NCBI GenBank assembly: GCA_010909165.1
Contig: MU008175.1
Location: 797,370 to 861,369 of the forward strand
Source: Anthoceros angustus
Taxonomy: Eukaryota; Plantae; Anthocerotophyta
Direction: 5' to 3'
DNA: 64,000 bases
Shown: in pieces, positions 61,072 to 64,000 of the stretch
Layout: the number at the start of each line of letters is the position of its first letter
Position numbering within the stretch: position 1 is the first letter of the stretch
Translations under genes and position numbers: made by a program
Notes under the pieces: model-generated
Databases searched by the model: none
Seen by the model: only the letters and a program-made list of their open reading frames with translations
What the model was told of the DNA's origin: nothing

Positions 61072-61077
61072 TATAAA
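61072..61077 (+). promoter_or_regulatory. Candidate TATA box for the gene starting at 62383
   Basis: An isolated TATAAA in very GC-rich DNA, followed by a pyrimidine-rich Y-patch/leader. Confidence 0.45.
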
Positions 61078-62382
61078 CCTCCGCGCCCACCTCCCGATCT
61101 CGCCTCGCCGCCTCTCTTCTCTGCGGGATTGCGCCTGCAAAGGTGCGCTCTTGCGGGCCTCCGCTCCGCCTCCGCCTCCTCCTCTTCATCTGCTTCCCTT
61201 CCTTTCCTCTCCTTTTTGCGTGCCGGGATCTTACCTTGCCTCGCTCTCGCGGATGCAGTTGCATTGTAGCGGGAAGCGAGCCCGGGAGAAGGCGGAGGCG
61301 GGGGGAGACGCGCACTGGCCCGGGCTAATACATGCAAGCTGCTGCTCCTGAGGAGCTCTCCCATGCACCAGGACGCCGCTCCGGGGCCCGTCACTGGGGC
61401 AGCAGGATTGCCGCCTCCCGCATTGCACCTGCTGCTCTGCCCGGCTTGCATTCTGGACTGGAGGCAGTTACTGAGGCAATGCTCTGCGTCCGGGCTGGGA
61501 CAAATCCCCCGGGACCTCGCCCCTGCTGCTGCTGGATGCGCCTCTTGTGCTGAGCTCCACGCATCCAATTGCTGCGCCTGGCAGATGGGCTAGGCCGCAG
61601 GCTGCTCTTGTTACCAACCACCGGATCTCTCTCCACCTGCCCGCTGCCGGGCCTGCTGCTCCCTCTCCTCGCTTCCTTCTGCTCCCGCTTTGTATAATCT
61701 GTACAGGAATCGGGGCAGGCAGCCTCCAATTCTGCTCCTCCCTCCTCACGCACCCGCATTGTCAGGCCCTGTCGTAGATTAGTCCCTTCCTGCACCCGCC
61801 CATCTGCTTTGTTTCTTGTTTTTGCTGGCCCGGAGCGGCCGGGTCTTCTCTTCCCCACTGCACCAGGGTTACCCACGCCTGTCTCCTTCTCGATCTTTGC
61901 AATCCGCACTACCGGCGCATTTTCTGGTTGCGGGGTGGCGTACCCCGCACTTCACCGGCAGCGGTAGCAGCAGCTAGCAGCATGGGCTACAAGGCCGTGT
62001 AGGCTGGAGAGCCTTTTCCTTGTTTTTGGTCCAGTTCAGGGAAGTCTGCGCTAACCCGGGAGATCACCTGTCACAGGATTAAAGCTGCCTGTCCAGGCAA
62101 GCTTGCCTCTTCTTCAAGATTTGGCTTCTCATAATCCAGGGAAGCTTTTTTTGGAGGCGGAATCGGGCTATTATCTGACTGCCGAGCCCGCAGGGAAGGA
62201 CAGGCACGCACGCACGCACTCTCCTTGCCATCGTATCATCTCGCACAGCAGGAAGGAAGAGGGAGCTGTCATCAGGAGGGGAAGGGGAAAAGGAGGTAAG
62301 GAGAACGGAGAAAGGGAAGGAAGGAAGGAAGCTGGCTGTACAGGTGCTGCCCCGCACCTGCATTTTCACAACCACCCTACAC

Positions 62383-64000
62383 ATGCCAATGGCCCAGTGC
62401 CAAACAGAGGGTAAGAATCACACTGCCCCTGGATCTTTCGACCTGTACGCCGGCCTGTACACCACCAAGCTGCACAGCTACGGCGGAGTGACTGACAATC
62501 TCGACCGATTTCAGGGCAGCGTCAAGTACAACAGCGAGGTGAGCAACTACGGCGTTGGGAAGGCTGGCAATGGCAGCTTTCTGAAGGACGACAACAGCTA
62601 CAGGAGGGCGGTCCCGTATGCTGGCAACGCCACTGACGACAGTCTCAAGAGCAGGACTGATTCCAGCGGAAATCCCAATCCCAGCAAGCCAGCCGAGGTT
62701 AGCATGACCGGGGCCAGTGTCAAGCCCACCACTGACACCAATTTCAAGGGGATGCCTGCTGCGCAGAACGCTAGCCAACAGTCTCTGGTAGGAGGGTTCC
62801 AGAAGATGAGTTTCTCTACCAACGGGCCCGCTGGAGGGCTGGATAAATCCAGCTATGGCTACTCCAAAGGCTTCTACTCCAAGGATGCCACTGCAGAGGG
62901 GGTACTGGCCCTGTGGGGCCGCCCTGAGGTGGAGATCCCCAAAGATGACAACTCTTGCTTTGTTGGACCTCTGTCCACTGGTGACAGATCCAGTCATTCC
63001 AGCGGTGAGCTCACATCCAGCGATGGCCACATTGGGCATGGAGGGAAGGACATGGACTCGGGGAGCTGGAGTGGTAGGAGCAGCTCGGGCAGTGTGAGGG
63101 GAGGGAGCCTGAAAGCTGGAGGGAGTCCCAGCGGTGACTCTCCAAAGGCTGGCAGCTCCAGTGCAGGGAGCTCCATCGGTGGCAGCCCCACTGTGGCCAG
63201 GCAATCCAGCAATGGAAACATCTTTGCCAACGGTGCTACCTCCTTCACGGGGCATGGCACTGCGGGTAGTCCGGGTCTGGCCAGTGCCAGGGGATCCAGT
63301 TCTAGCAGGGGAAGCTCCACGGAAGGAAGCCCCACCAACTCCAAGAATCTGGCCTTCGGCCTGCCCACCTCCAGAAGTCTGAATGAGGTGGGCACATCTG
63401 GTGGTGGTTTTGCAGCGCCCGCATTCCTGGGCAGAGCAGCCAGTGATCGCTCTGGAGAGCGCACCGCCACGGGTGTGCAAGCAGCAGCCACCACTCCTTC
63501 CAGGGACAGCATCTCGTATGGCAACATCCACATAAACAATGGCGGGGGGTTCAGATCTAGCGGGGATGGCAGTCCCAGTCTGGAGATTCACACGGGAGGG
63601 CCTCCTTTAAGCCGGAGCAGCCCGGTGGACAGCCCACAAGGCCCCAGGAAGAGCACTGGAGATCTGCCAGCGCCCATTGCTCCTGCTGCCAGGCATGTCA
63701 GGCAGCCGAGTTTGGGTGCGGGATTCTACGCAGCAGGCACCGCCACGGCCAACTCCCCCTCCTCCGATGGCAGTCCCGGCGGAGGTGCCCAAAAGGGAGG
63801 GACATCCGTACCACGCTACGCCACCACCAGCCACACCAGTCACACCGGCAACATCTCTCATGCTCGCAGCGATGGTGGGCTGTCTCATCTCCCTGGAGGC
63901 AACCCTCCTTCCAGAAGCAGCAGCGACGCAAGTTCCGTCGGGAGCGCGTCCCGGCACAGCAGTGAAGGAAGCCCGCACGGGCACAGGCACGCAGGGGTGT
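62383..64000 (+). CDS. 5' part of a Ser/Gly-rich disordered protein, probably the N-terminus of a TTL-type TPR-thioredoxin protein (partial)
   Basis: 539 open codons to the window edge (MPMAQCQTEGKNH...), absent from the ORF track because there is no stop. It has RSSHSSGEL and repeated GNI motifs (SNGNIF, SYGNIH, HTGNIS) like TTL N-termini. The TPR/TRX domains would lie outside the window. Confidence 0.65.
   Translation, partial: MPMAQCQTEGKNHTAPGSFDLYAGLYTTKLHSYGGVTDNLDRFQGSVKYNSEVSNYGVGKAGNGSFLKDDNSYRRAVPYAGNATDDSLKSRTDSSGNPNPSKPAEVSMTGASVKPTTDTNFKGMPAAQNASQQSLVGGFQKMSFSTNGPAGGLDKSSYGYSKGFYSKDATAEGVLALWGRPEVEIPKDDNSCFVGPLSTGDRSSHSSGELTSSDGHIGHGGKDMDSGSWSGRSSSGSVRGGSLKAGGSPSGDSPKAGSSSAGSSIGGSPTVARQSSNGNIFANGATSFTGHGTAGSPGLASARGSSSSRGSSTEGSPTNSKNLAFGLPTSRSLNEVGTSGGGFAAPAFLGRAASDRSGERTATGVQAAATTPSRDSISYGNIHINNGGGFRSSGDGSPSLEIHTGGPPLSRSSPVDSPQGPRKSTGDLPAPIAPAARHVRQPSLGAGFYAAGTATANSPSSDGSPGGGAQKGGTSVPRYATTSHTSHTGNISHARSDGGLSHLPGGNPPSRSSSDASSVGSASRHSSEGSPHGHRHAGV

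Noticed and set aside
53700-62000. Dozens of 100-270 aa ORFs on both strands
   Set aside because: They arise from GC-rich SSR DNA with few stops. No domains, and they overlap in all frames.
62377-63591. 404-aa minus-strand ORF
   Set aside because: Antisense shadow of the longer plus-strand frame 62383-64000.
1-64000. CRISPR arrays, tRNA or rRNA genes
   Set aside because: None seen. The DNA is eukaryotic and the repeats lack repeat-spacer structure.

Overview
Compact, intron-rich land-plant nuclear DNA. It is most likely a hornwort (Anthoceros-like), inferred from PLS-PPR proteins with a WW-type PG box (PGQSWW) and a nuclear copy of mitochondrial rps2. All homology calls are from memory, not searches. 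Left to right: transposon relics (a non-LTR 3' tail with a target-site duplication, a Crypton-like relic, a TA-flanked MITE), SUGP1-like, CPN10, PLS-PPR #1, a decayed F-box gene, an 8-exon ASY4 missed by the ORF track, a half-size ABCB transporter, PQBP1-like, PAS1/FKBP72, PLS-PPR #2 behind a decayed duplicate of the PAS1 5' end, a bacterial-looking SDR, COX17 and a CRE-like non-LTR relic. Then come a mitochondrial-type rps2 joined exactly behind a decaying ubiquitin unit, a 13-kb RME-8-like gene lacking the J domain but carrying SEA-like, polyproline and WH2-like additions, about 10 kb of SSR-rich intergenic DNA with a duplicated motif showing compensatory base changes, and the start of a probable TTL-like gene. 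The best novelty candidates are the ubiquitin-rps2 organelle-to-nucleus transfer, the rebuilt RME-8 paralogue, the duplicated structured motif and the PAS1-promoter/PPR chimera.
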